A DNA stretch of 64,000 nt, from the NCBI RefSeq assembly GCF_006345805.1, contig NC_043001.1, positions 63,240,001 to 63,304,000 of the forward strand, read 5' to 3'. This DNA comes from Octopus sinensis. Its lineage: Eukaryota. The notes under the pieces are model-generated. The model made no database searches and was not told the origin of the DNA. It was given only the letters and a program-made list of their open reading frames with translations. This document shows positions 52,560-64,000 of the stretch, in pieces. How positions within the stretch are numbered: position 1 is the stretch's first letter; every line of letters begins with the position of its first letter. A program made the translations under genes and the position numbers.

Positions 52560-54330
52560 ATAATTTTAAAAAATTTTATCCATTTATTTTTAAAAATTAA
52601 AAAAAAAATTTTATTTATTAATTTTATTTATTATATATAACCATCAGAATGTATTAAAAAGTTTATTATAAGATAAGTAAAACCACTATGTACGTTTCAT
52701 GGCAATAACCTAATTCAAATTACAATAATTTAAATTCAGTTATAAATTCGAATTATGGTTATAGTTAATCTTCAGGTTAATGATAATAGTTAAATAAAGA
52801 AGCAAATATATTTAAACAATATTATTTAAGAAATAAATAAAATAATAATTTTTCCGATAAAAAATCTATTATCAAACTAGAAACTTTAATGATTATGATT
52901 ATGTCATACAATCCAATTATAATGTTAAATATTAATTTTTAAGGTAAAGATAGATAGAAAATGTATTTATCTATTCAGATATAATATGGCTTTAAAAAAA
53001 CATAATAAACTCACAAATAACCTAATCTCAGTTATAGTCAAAATCTAATTACCTAATTATTTAACAAAAAAAATAATCAAAAAAATAAACACTATTCATA
53101 TTATTAAATTTAAGTTCAAATCTAATAATTATAAAATATTTGAATAATATCTAAATTATTATCAATAAATATATATAAATATAGATAAATAAGATCTAAA
53201 ATTATCTCTATCAATAAATATATATATTAAAAAAAAACTAGATAAATTAATTATTATTACTTATGAAATATATTAAATAATTAAAAAATTAAAGATGAAA
53301 AAGCAAATTGTAAACGTATAAACTATCTAAAAAGAATCCTATAACTATTTAATGATCAATATATCTTGTTGGCTAATTAATTACTTACAAAAACCGTATA
53401 GTTATGATCTAATAATGAAATGCATATCTTCAACAACTAAATACTTATACAATCAAATTATCAATCCGTAGTTATATAGTATCCAATAAAAACCATATAA
53501 CATAAATTATCAAAATATTAAAAAAAGGTTTACTTATTTTTCAAAAATCATGCCATTAACTAAAATAGTAACAAACAAATTGAAAATTCTTTAATAATAA
53601 TGAAAATTACGAATATATTTTATCAATGAAAATTACTATTACAAAATATCAATTGAAAATAGCTATATTTAAGCTATAATAGAACAAAATCAACTATTAG
53701 AGATTTTTATGAATATGGCTTAAAAAACATAATAGTCTCACAAATATCCTTAACTCAGTTATAGTCCAAAAATTTAATTACCAAATTATTTAACTAAATA
53801 ATCTATCAATAAATATATAAGTATTAAAAAAACTAAATTAATTAATTATTCATTATTACTCATGAAATATATTAAAGATGAAAAAGCATATTGTAAACGT
53901 ATAGACTATCTAAAAAGAACCCTATAACTATTTAACGATCAATATATCTCGTTGGCTAATTAATAACTTTTAAAAACCGTATAGTTATGATCTAATAATG
54001 AAATGCATATCTTCAACAAATAAATACTTATACAATCAAAATTATGAGATACATTAAAAAAATTAAAGATTAAAATCAAATTAAAACCAGAAACCTAACT
54101 TTAAAACATCGTATAACTATTAACGATCTATATATCTCTTTGGCTAAGTAAAATCTTACAAATAAACGTAGAGTTAAAATCTAATAATTATATACATAAC
54201 TTCAACAGCTAAATCATTACATAACAATCAGTATTTATGTAGTATACAAAATAATACAATAAGACTTATTAAAATATTTAAAATTAAAAAATTTTTAAAT
54301 CTTAAAAAGAAATAGATTACTTAGCTTTCC
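52560..54330. repeat. Very AT-rich block with internal diverged duplications
   Basis: 52984-53460 recurs at about 53713-54040, and a third diverged partial copy lies at about 54100-54250. Confidence 0.75.
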
Positions 54331-54911
54331 AATGCTTTGTGATGAACTATATATATATCTCTTCTCTCTCTCTCCCTCCCCCTCTCACTCTTTCTCTTTT
54401 GCTGGGTAACTATGTACCTCCTCCATAGCAAGACACCCGTTTCTACCACTCTCTCATACTCTAACCGTTCATCATCTGACATGAATTCTCTCCTCAAATG
54501 TCCCTGCCCCTCTCAAAGGATTTTTGTCTTGCACGTTACTTGGTGACCCTTCTAGTGTGGTGCCACATAAAAAGCATTCAGTCCACACTGTAAAGTGGTT
54601 GGCATTTGGAAGGACATCAAGCTGTAAAAATCATACCAAAACTAACCCCACCTATGCTAGTGCTGCATAAAAAGCACTGAGTCAACTCTGCAGAGTGGTT
54701 GGTGCTAGAAAGGGCATCCAGCTGCAAAAAGCCTGCCGAAACAGACACAGTAGCCTGGGGTAGTGTTTTACCTGGCTGGCTCCTGTCAACTGTCCTACCC
54801 ATGCATGCATAGAAGATGGACATTAAATGATAATGATGATGATGTGGGTTACTATTAGTCATTATTCATCAGTTTTCTTCTCTAAATTATTTTAAAATTT
54901 TTTATTTTCAG

Positions 54912-54980
54912 AATGATTCCAGCATGGATGAAAATGGAGTTGCATATGCTATTCTACCTCTTGCAACCTCTTTCTGTCGA
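54912..54980 (+). CDS. SBF2: SBF exon, NDSSMDENGVAYAILPLATSFCR
   Basis: ttttcag acceptor and gtaagt donor, 69 nt, phase 0/0. Matches SBF D.S.LDE.GIA.ALLPL.TAFCR. Confidence 0.9.
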
Positions 54981-55036
54981 GTAAGTGAATTTAAGTTCTT
55001 AGGAACCCTTTTAAAATCTAGAGTAATGGTGTTTAA

Positions 55037-56109
55037 CCCTTTCGTTACTATATTTCTGACCAAAATACACCCCTTATGTGTTTCAATTAATTTCTAACGT
55101 AATCATAAATTTAGTCTGGTTTCATTAAACAACTATAACTTTTTTATTTATCAATATATTAATGAGATTTTTGGAAGGTAATTTAATGAAATGTTCTCAA
55201 CCAATTCTATACTATAATTTTTGTCACAAAGTGACTCTAATTGCAGGAAGATACAGGTAAATTCAACAAAATATAAAATTATTAAAATTTTGTTCAAACA
55301 TCGCTATAGAAAATGGGTTATTAGCTAATATTCAATTGGGTATACAACAAAATTTTACGATAGAATTTGTTATTCTGGGTAACTTTCTGATACCCATAAT
55401 AATATTTATGGCAAAATAGTCTTAATTTCATTTAAGGTTGTGGGAAACCACTAACTATCCTTTCTTTCGCTTTGTTTACATTTAGCGTAACGGTTTGTTT
55501 CCGCCATAATGATTTCAAATAGGCTCATTCGAAAAAGTAAAAAGAAATAGTCTAAGGCTTTACTCTCCTAGGAAAGTCTGTGGCTTGGTCCAGTTTCTTC
55601 AGAAAAAATCACCGAAAGAAACAGTTTTTTAAATTTTCACTCCATTCAGGTACCAATTCATTTTCTTTATCGCAGTCAGAGCTCTCAGATTCACTGTTTT
55701 CACTTTCGGAAAATGAAACATCAGATTCATTATCAAATACCACGTGCTTTTTTTTTTCAGTCATAGAGTTAGATTTATGAAGGTCTTCAGTAGAAAATCC
55801 TTCGAATTCTGACTCGCTGCTTGATATAATGAAATTCGTATCCATTTTTTGTCAGAATTACAAATTTTAAAAACACAATAGGAACAAATTTCGGAAAAAA
55901 ATCTCCCAAAATTACACTTCGATTGTTGTACAAAACTGTAGTTGAACTGTTTACGAAGTATAATACGTGTTTTCACGAATGTACTAAAGAGATTTGCTCT
56001 GATATTCTCATTTAAATATGAATAGGTAAATACGGGCGGGTTTGGGCGGTTCGGTCACATTAACCAAAATTTTTTTCGGGCGGCTTTGGGCGGTTTGGTA
56101 ACGAAAGGG
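55037..56109 (-). mobile_element. Non-autonomous piggyBac element
   Basis: TTAA on both sides (55033-55036, 56110-56113) and perfect 12-bp TIRs CCCTTTCGTTAC/GTAACGAAAGGG. Acidic N-terminal transposase-like remnant (55609-55845 -). Confidence 0.88.
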
Positions 56110-56523
56110 TTAAGGAAGTCACTACAAGTAAAAACATAAGCAAACCAACAACTACAGTAGTAGTTTACAAATACAAGTAGTTTACCTTGTATTTCAATAG
56201 TTCAGGCTTAAAAGTACAGATCAAATTAATGATGCATTTACAATTTAAAATTCCAATATTGCAGGCAGGTAGTATTCAATCATGTGAGCAAATGGCTGCA
56301 TTATTGATGGATATTGTCCAGCTCCTAGACTTATTTCCTCAGAAAAAGTTCTCAGTGTTTCCCCTGCATATTCAATCCCTCCCTACAGATTACATCGGTT
56401 ATTTTATTACTTATTTTATTGACTCTGAAAGGATAAAAAGCAAAGTTGACCTTGGCAGAGTTTGAATTCAGAATGTAAATTTGCCTGGCATGCACATGGT
56501 TCTGCTAGGTTACCACCTTTATT

Positions 56524-56995
<472 letters not shown>

Positions 56996-57169
56996 CCTTT
57001 CTGCTAAAGGCACAAGGCCTGAAATTTTGGGGTTGAGGACTAGTCACTTACATCGACCCTAGTGTTTCTCTGGTACTTAATTTATCGACCTCAGGAGGAT
57101 GAAATGTAAAGTCGACCTTGGTGGAATTTGAACTAAGAATGTAGTGACAGGTGAAATACCACAAAGCAT

Positions 57170-59850
57170 CACCTTGTTAATAATAATAGTGAAGCAGTAC
57201 ATACCTGCAAAAAAAGCAAAGCTAACTAGATTTGAACAACAGATTAAGCAATACCAGCAAAACAAATTGTTTAGAACCAACCAAAAAAGATTTTATCAGG
57301 AGATTAATAATCATAAAGAACTTGAAAGATTAGTCCCTGCTGCTGATGAAAGTCGACATTTCTGGGTAAGATATAAAGTAAGCAAGAAAAACATAATACT
57401 ACAGCTTAATGGCTCTGCAACCTGAAGCAAACAGCTTCTTATCTCCAGCAAAAGGCTATCCACTTCACAGAAGACAGTATCAGAAACATGAGTGAAAAGA
57501 TAAACAATTGGACAGTAGCAGGACCTGATGATGTACAGGTATTTTGGATAAAATAAGTTCAGTATATGCCATAAATTGATTGCAGGGCAATTTAATGCAG
57601 TGACCGATGGAGAAGAAATCCTGGGCAAGTTGACAAAAGGGCGAATGGTGTTGTGTCTGAAGGATGCATCAAAAGGAAATGCTGCTGACAATTACCAAAC
57701 AATTTCTTGCCTCCTAACAGTTACTGCTAGGAGAAACTGCAGAAGAACTGTACAGATTTCTGGATGAGAACTATATATTACCAATGGAACAAAAAGGCTG
57801 TAAAAAGAGATGCAGAAGTACCAAAGATCAATTATTGATAGACAAAATGGTAAATCAAGATTATAAATGAAAGAGAACAAATTTGGGAGTGACCTGGATT
57901 GACTACTGCAAAGCTTATGATCTAATTACACATTCATGGATCATTAAATGCTTAGATCTATTTGGAATTGTGAGGAATGTAACATGTTTCTTGAAGAGAA
58001 GTATGGTGGGGTAGAAAACAAAACTGACATCTTATGGAAAAAGCTTGGGCACCCTGGCCATCAGAAGAGGGATTTTCCAGGATGATAGCTTATCTCTGTT
58101 GCTTTTTGTTCTCTGTGTAATCTGTCTGACCTTAGTACTTAGGAAAGTGAACCTGGGATATCAGTTAAAGGGAAAATTCCAAACAATCAACCACCTCCTC
58201 TTCATGGATGATTTGAAATTATATGGCAAGGATGAGACACAAGTGAGTTCCTTGGTGAACATGGTCCACTGTTTTAGTGCTAATATTAGAATGGAATTCG
58301 GAATGAAGAAGTGTGGAGTCTACCTAAAAAGAGGCAAGGTACAGTCCCTAGCAGAGATAGAATTACCAAATAAAGAACTGATTAAACAAATTGAAACAGA
58401 AGGCTACAAATAACCTGGGCGTACTAGAGCTCATTGAGATAATGGAGAAGAAAATGAAAGTGCAACTGAGGATGGAATAAAATCTGAGCAGTTAATACAT
58501 GGGCAATAACATCACTTCAGTATGGAGCTGGAATTATAAAATGGCAAAAGAAAGAACTGATGAAAATGGATACGAAGACAAGAAAAATGTTGACAGTACA
58601 CAGAGCCAGACTGTACGTGTTCAGAAGAAAGAGTGGGAGAGGTTTGATCAGTTGCAAGGATTGTATCAAAACAGAGGAAAACAGCTTAGGGTGGTATGTA
58701 AAAATACCATAGAGCCATTGTTGAAAAATGCAAAGAAGGCTGGTGTCATCAAAACTGAGAATTGTGTAATGAAAGAAAAGTTTAAAGAGGAAAAGAACAC
58801 AAAAATAAAGAACAGCATGGAAAGAAATAAAAAAATTTACAGTCAATTTGCAAGAGATATGAACACCATGACAGATACAGAAGACCATTGGCCTGGAGAT
58901 AGAGACAGAAGTATTTATATGTGCAGCTCAAGAACAAGAGTTAAGGACCAACTATGTGAAGTGCAGAATTGACAACACTACCGACAGTGACAAATACAGA
59001 ATGTGTGATGAAAGGAGTGAAACAGTATGGCACATCATCAGTGAGTACCTGAAACTGGCACAACATGAATACAAAAGATGACATGACTACGTGGCAAGAA
59101 TGATCCATTGTGAACTCTGTGGAAATCATGGCCTACAAAGAGCAAAGACGTAGTATGAACAAACCCCAGAAGGAATTGCTGAGAACGAGAAATGCAAAAT
59201 CCTGTGGGATGCAATGATTCGGTGTGATCACCTGATCAGACATTGGAAACCAGACATTGTTGTGGAGAATAAAAAAGAAAGAACATGCATAATAATTGAC
59301 ATAGCATGTCCTGGTGACAACAGGATCAATAAGAAAGAAGAAAAAAATAAACAACAGGAGTGGCTGTGTGGTAAGTAGCTTGCTTGCCAACCACATGGTT
59401 CCGGGTTCAGTCCCACTGCGTGGCACCTTGGGCAAGTGTCTTCTACTATAGCCTCGGGTCGACCAAAGCCTCGTGAGTGGATTTGGTAGACGGAAGCTGA
59501 AAGAAGCCCATCGTATATATGTATATATATATATGTGTGTGTGCGTATGTCCCCGTCACTTAGCGGTTCGGCAAAAGAGACCGATAGAATAAGTACTGGG
59601 CTTACAAAGAATAAGTCCCGGGGTCGAGTTGCTTGACTAAAGGCGGTGCTCCAGCATGGCCACAGTCAAATGACTGAAACAAGTAAAAGAGTAACTATGA
59701 TGATTTAAAATGGGAAATATGAAAGTTGTAATCAATGAGGAGAGTAAATGTGACACCAATAGTAATTGGTGCACTTGGAAGTATCAGCACTCAACTACCA
59801 ACATGGCTCAAAAAAATTGATACAAGTGGGAAGGTAGAACACCTACAAAA
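57170..59850 (+). mobile_element. Degenerate R4/Dong-clade LINE (RT, CCHC finger, restriction-like endonuclease) with a nested SINE at 59357-59693
   Basis: RRGIFQ.DSLS.LLF, INHLLFMDDLKLY, CRMCDE.SETVWHIISE, KPDIVV...IIDIACPGD and PIVIGALG. Confidence 0.82.
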
Positions 59851-61247
59851 ACTAGAAAAGCACTTGGAGAGCACAGGCCTCCGCTAAGCAGCTCATTTCC
59901 ACCCATATACACACATGCTGAAAATCGCCCAATTTCTGAAACCAACACCGGCAAAAATATAACCTCCTTGGCGGGGTTAAAAAAAAAAATAACACTGCCA
60001 TATGATTTAAAGAAAAAAAACTTTTCAAAATAGGAATCATCTGAAGCAGTTATAATACATTAATGGCAACAGCAAGCTAGTTTCACTATACAACTAAAAA
60101 GAAACAGCAATTACCTAAAACTTGAGTGTTAAGATAGATATGCAATTAAAGTTACCAATAGAGAAACGAAAATAAACTTTGGAAACAGCAACGTCACCAT
60201 AGGTTACATGGAAACGATGAATGTGTTTTCAAGGGAGATAATCAAAGAATGTAACTTTGTAATACTTCATGTAAAGTAAATGTAACAAATGAAAAATCCT
60301 TCAAGATTTCATAAAAATTCCCAGATCACTACCAAAATTTCATCATCTGTTTTTTGTGTCATTACCAACTTTTCCCGCAAGTTTCATCAAATACTGTTCA
60401 CAACTTTTTGAGTTATTTTGCACACAAACGGACAGATGGACAAACCAATGTCAATGAAAACATAACTCCCTTCCTTGGCAGAGGTAATCAGCATTGCTTG
60501 GAATTGCAAGAATTCTTTACAGGGTTCTTGTGGCATGACCAGTAAACAAGTGTCACCTTAGTCTACTGTCTGTGAACAACTAACACTCTTCATCATACCA
60601 AGCAAAATAAGCCATCTTGATATGAGATCACCATGTCGTGCACATATGGTTGTGATGCATGTATCTGGTGTACCCTTATCAGACAGGTAGTCATTATGGA
60701 TATATTGGGCTTCATATATTTGTAACCCAGTGTCACTTTGATGGTATGCTCTGTTCTCTCACTGAATAATAATAACAATAATAATAATAAAAATAAAAGA
60801 AAATGCCTCATGATGTAAAAAAAACTCTCAAAATATGCTGAATTAAATGTAGAACTATTAAGAATGTGGGGATATCTAGTAGGAAAGTGAAAGTTGTACC
60901 AGTTATCAGAGCATTAGGTGCTTGCAAAAACTATCATACCACCTGGACTGGCTATAAAAGCAGATGTGTGAGCACTCTGAAATTCTGTGTTCTTTGGAAC
61001 AGTTAATATTTTCAAGGTCTAAGGCCTTTGAAAAAAGAAAAAAAGAAAGACAAAGACCAGTCGTTTAGATCAACACTGTGTAATGAAGAAATAACTATTG
61101 CAGTAGTAGTAGTGTGAAAGAGATCTGTCTAATGATTGCTTAATTTTATTTGATGTTTTCAGTAATTAATGAATTTCCTAGTTTATTTTCAATATAGAGT
61201 GAAAGTGTTGTGATTTAAAACTAGCAAAATAAAATGCATATTTCCAG

Positions 61248-61451
61248 AAATTGTGCACTGGTGTAATACAGTTTGCATACACATGTGTACAAGAACATGC
61301 AGTGTGGAGAAACAATCAGTTCTGGGAAGCTTCATTTTATCTTGATGTCCAAAAAGAAATTCGTCAACTCTATTTGCCTCACTATGAAGAACATTTTGTT
61401 GCTGAAAACACACGGGAAGAGGCAAAGAATTCAAGTTATGGCCGAGATTCG
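61248..61451 (+). CDS. SBF2: SBF exon, [48 protein letters not shown]...GRDS
   Basis: ttccag acceptor and gtaggt donor, 204 nt, phase 0/0. Matches SBF KL.PGV.QFAY.CVQ.H.VW...QFWE..FY.DVQ..IR.LYL. Confidence 0.92.
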
Positions 61452-62739
61452 GTAGGTATGAATTTTTGACACTTGGTTTGTACCTGTTTTAGCTTTTGAT
61501 TATTAATATTTAATTACTAAAAAACAATGCTGTTTATATTTAGTAACTAAAATGCAATGGTGTTATTTATATTTACATTAATAGCACCTATACCGGTTGC
61601 ATGTAAAAATCACCCTCTACACTCTTAGAGTGGTTGGCGTTAGGAAGGGCATCCAACCCTAGAAATCATGCCAAACCAGATTCGAACCTAGTACAGCTCC
61701 CTGGCTTACCAGTTTTCAGTCAAACTGTTCAACCCATGCCAGCATGGAAAACGGATGTTAAATGATGATGATGAATAACTAAAATACAATATTTTTTTAA
61801 CTTTCAACAACTATACTACAACAATATTGTTTATATTTAATTACTAAAATACAATGATCTTGTTAATATGTAATAACAATAGTTTAGTTGTTACTTTCAA
61901 ATAATATTGCCATAATATTGATAAGTAACATAAAAATATTGCAGATATCTAATGTAATAATAAAGATATCCACTTTGCAATTATGTGGTTTTGGAAATTA
62001 AAACCCTCTATATCTTGTACAAGTATCCTTAGCCACAATCTCTAATCAACCCAAATCTTGTGAATGAAACTGGATAGAGAGAAACTGTGTGGAAGCCTGT
62101 TGGTATATAAAGTGAGTAGTAGGGAGTGTCAGTGTTCTTGGATGGTAGATCTAATTTCTTATCTAAGTCACCTGGTCTTTGGCTACCTTAAAAACAGTTC
62201 ACTTTGTTGTATCTGTACTGGTATCTTGTTACCCTGCTTCCAAATGGAGCAACCCCTGAGTTTTTGCTCCTTCCTTTTTGCTTTCTTAAACCCAGTCTTG
62301 TAGGCTGTGCAAATTGTACGAATAGCAACATTTCCATACTCAGGTTTAGTCTGTTAGTGTACTAAATCTTAACAGTTTAAAATTTCTGTCTCATTATTAT
62401 GAAAAATAACAATTTTATTGCTGGTTACCATCAAATTTACCTAAATTTGAATTGTTCTGATTCCAAATAATGAGAGACAGGTAGATGGGATCTTTTTTTT
62501 AATATATATATATAATTTGCTGCCAGTTGTAAACTTGTATATAAGCAGTTAAATTTTTTTAAATGCTGTTATTTCCAGATGTTATTTCAAATCTAAATGA
62601 AAGTGTCAGTTGGATGACTGAATTTTGTTGCTCCTGTCAGTGAAACATTACTGCTATTTGCCATCTAATATTTTATTCTTTAAGTTAGTTAAATGTTGCA
62701 ATTCTCTCTTACCTAATACTTCTATTTCATTTTCTCCAG

Positions 62740-62850
62740 AGTTTAGACCCTTCAAGGAGCAAATCATGCACACCAGATACACATCGGCGTTCAGCCCCGA
62801 GTCTTTTTCGACCAAAAGAAATTGGTGCTCTTGATATTGCAGCTGAGCAG
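62740..62850 (+). CDS. SBF2: SBF exon, SLDPSRSKSCTPDTHRRSAPSLFRPKEIGALDIAAEQ
   Basis: tttctccag acceptor and gtaata donor, 111 nt, phase 0/0. Supplies the ALD.A.EQ motif expected before LR.WP.L. Confidence 0.85.
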
Positions 62851-63291
62851 GTAATATGCCAAGCATTAATTCCTCTGGAAATAGCATAAATATTTTGGTA
62901 TACACATGTAGAAGCATAGAAAATGCCATTTTAACATTCCTGACTGTCTTCCTCCAATTTCTTCCTATATATTTGTAAATATCTGTGACAATCCTCTCTT
63001 AAATAATTTCATTCAGTTCAGTTGCACTGTCTTTGTATAAAGATACTTAACTGACTTCATTAATTAACTCTTTTTAAGTCTTTATTAATTTGAATAATAA
63101 TCTTAATTAATCACCCTGTGATATTATGAATAGAATATTAATTTGATGACATATGTCATAATTTGTTTTAAATTTATGCATGGTGGGTATGTTGTCAATT
63201 GCTTATTGTTTCTAATATGAGTTTAGTTGATGACTACAATTTGGAGACAAAACAGTTTTATGTCAAGTATTACTTTTTTTTCTTCATATAG

Positions 63292-63488
63292 CTAAGAATT
63301 TGGCCAAATCTTAGCAAAGAACAACAGGAAGAAATGGTGAACAATGAAGAGTCCACTGTCTATAGCCAGGCCATTCATTACGCCAACCGAATGGTCTATA
63401 TGATGATTCCCCTTGATGTCAATCGAAGAGACAAAAACACTGTTGGCTTTGATGAGAAATGTGCTAGCAACAGCAATATAACTGCAAG
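63292..63488 (+). CDS. SBF2: SBF exon, LRIWPNLSKEQQEEMVNNEESTVYSQAIHYANRMVYMMIPLDV...ASNSNITA
   Basis: Polypyrimidine tract plus atag acceptor, gtatga donor. The EESTV.SQAIHYANRM motif is typical of SBF1/SBF2. Confidence 0.92.
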
Positions 63489-63589
63489 GTATGACGTGTG
63501 TGTGTGTGTGTCTGTGTGTGAATATGATATTGGGTCATCCCATGAATAATGCGTTTTTTTTTTTTACTTCTTTTATTTTTCAAAATTAA

Positions 63590-63830
63590 GATAAACAAAG
63601 TTCTTTTGTAATCTAAAATATACTCTCCTTCCTTTTCCACAATGATTTTGAAGACTACGGAATAAATGATAACCAGATGGAACAATGTCCAGTGAATATG
63701 GTGGGTGGGGCATTGTTTCCCATTGAAACTGCTCCAGCCTTTGGAATGTCATCCACACTGTATGTGGCCAAGCATTAGACCTGTAAAGTTTCTGAGGAAC
63801 TCATTGACCTAATTTGCTGACTTTTCCGAT
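63590..63830 (-). mobile_element. Mariner transposase fragment
   Basis: WETMPHPPYSLDIVPSGYHLFRSLQNH is a degenerate HPPYSPDLAPSDYHLF motif. Confidence 0.75.
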
Positions 63831-64000
63831 GGCACAGAGATGTCAATGAATAGTTGAACGACCAAATCCAAGCTTCTCTGCTAGTTCCTCTACAGTTACA
63901 ATGGGATTTTGTTCCACCTGGGTTTGCAGGACCCTCTCGTTGAGCTCTACAGGTTTTCCAGGATGAGGCTCATCTTCTAGGCTGTAGTTTCCAACTTAGA

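Noticed and set aside
52560-54330. Mitochondrial insertion (NUMT)
   Set aside because: No recognisable mitochondrial protein, rRNA or tRNA motif was seen despite the AT richness.
61452-61460. Alternative donor gtatga at 61456
   Set aside because: It would give phase 1 and break the frame with the phase-0 exon at 62740. The donor at 61452 fits.

Overview
Eukaryotic, microsatellite-rich, repeat-dense genomic window. The SINE families and the (CAT)n/(ATT)n/(TA)n landscape look like a coleoid cephalopod, probably Octopus (inference). The only host gene I can support is a + strand myotubularin pseudophosphatase/DENN gene (SBF1/SBF2 = MTMR5/MTMR13 family). Seven in-phase GT-AG exons are present: 11955-12109, 28325-28490, 30091-30240, 54912-54980, 61248-61451, 62740-62850 and 63292-63488. 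The gene continues beyond both window ends. Its introns hold a near-intact CR1/L2-group LINE (about 5350-10050), two copies of a second CR1/L2-group LINE on the minus strand, and RTE, R4/Dong and Penelope-like fragments. They also hold a Ty3/Gypsy remnant, Chapaev3, piggyBac, Tc1/mariner and Helentron-type DNA elements, many SINEs and long simple repeats. The most striking observations are three. (1) Two unrelated type I hammerhead ribozymes lie back-to-back at about 47.4 kb (-) and 48.5 kb (+); the second sits in a 531-nt non-coding, terminally redundant unit with an inverted junction-spanning copy, like a retrozyme or Penelope pLTR. (2) A canonical G_GGA_AAC -1 slippery site sits exactly at the ORF1 stop of the near-intact LINE, whose ORF2 has no usable AUG. 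(3) A LINE and a SINE family share a 3' stem-loop with compensatory changes. All calls are by eye; boundaries of degenerate repeats are approximate.
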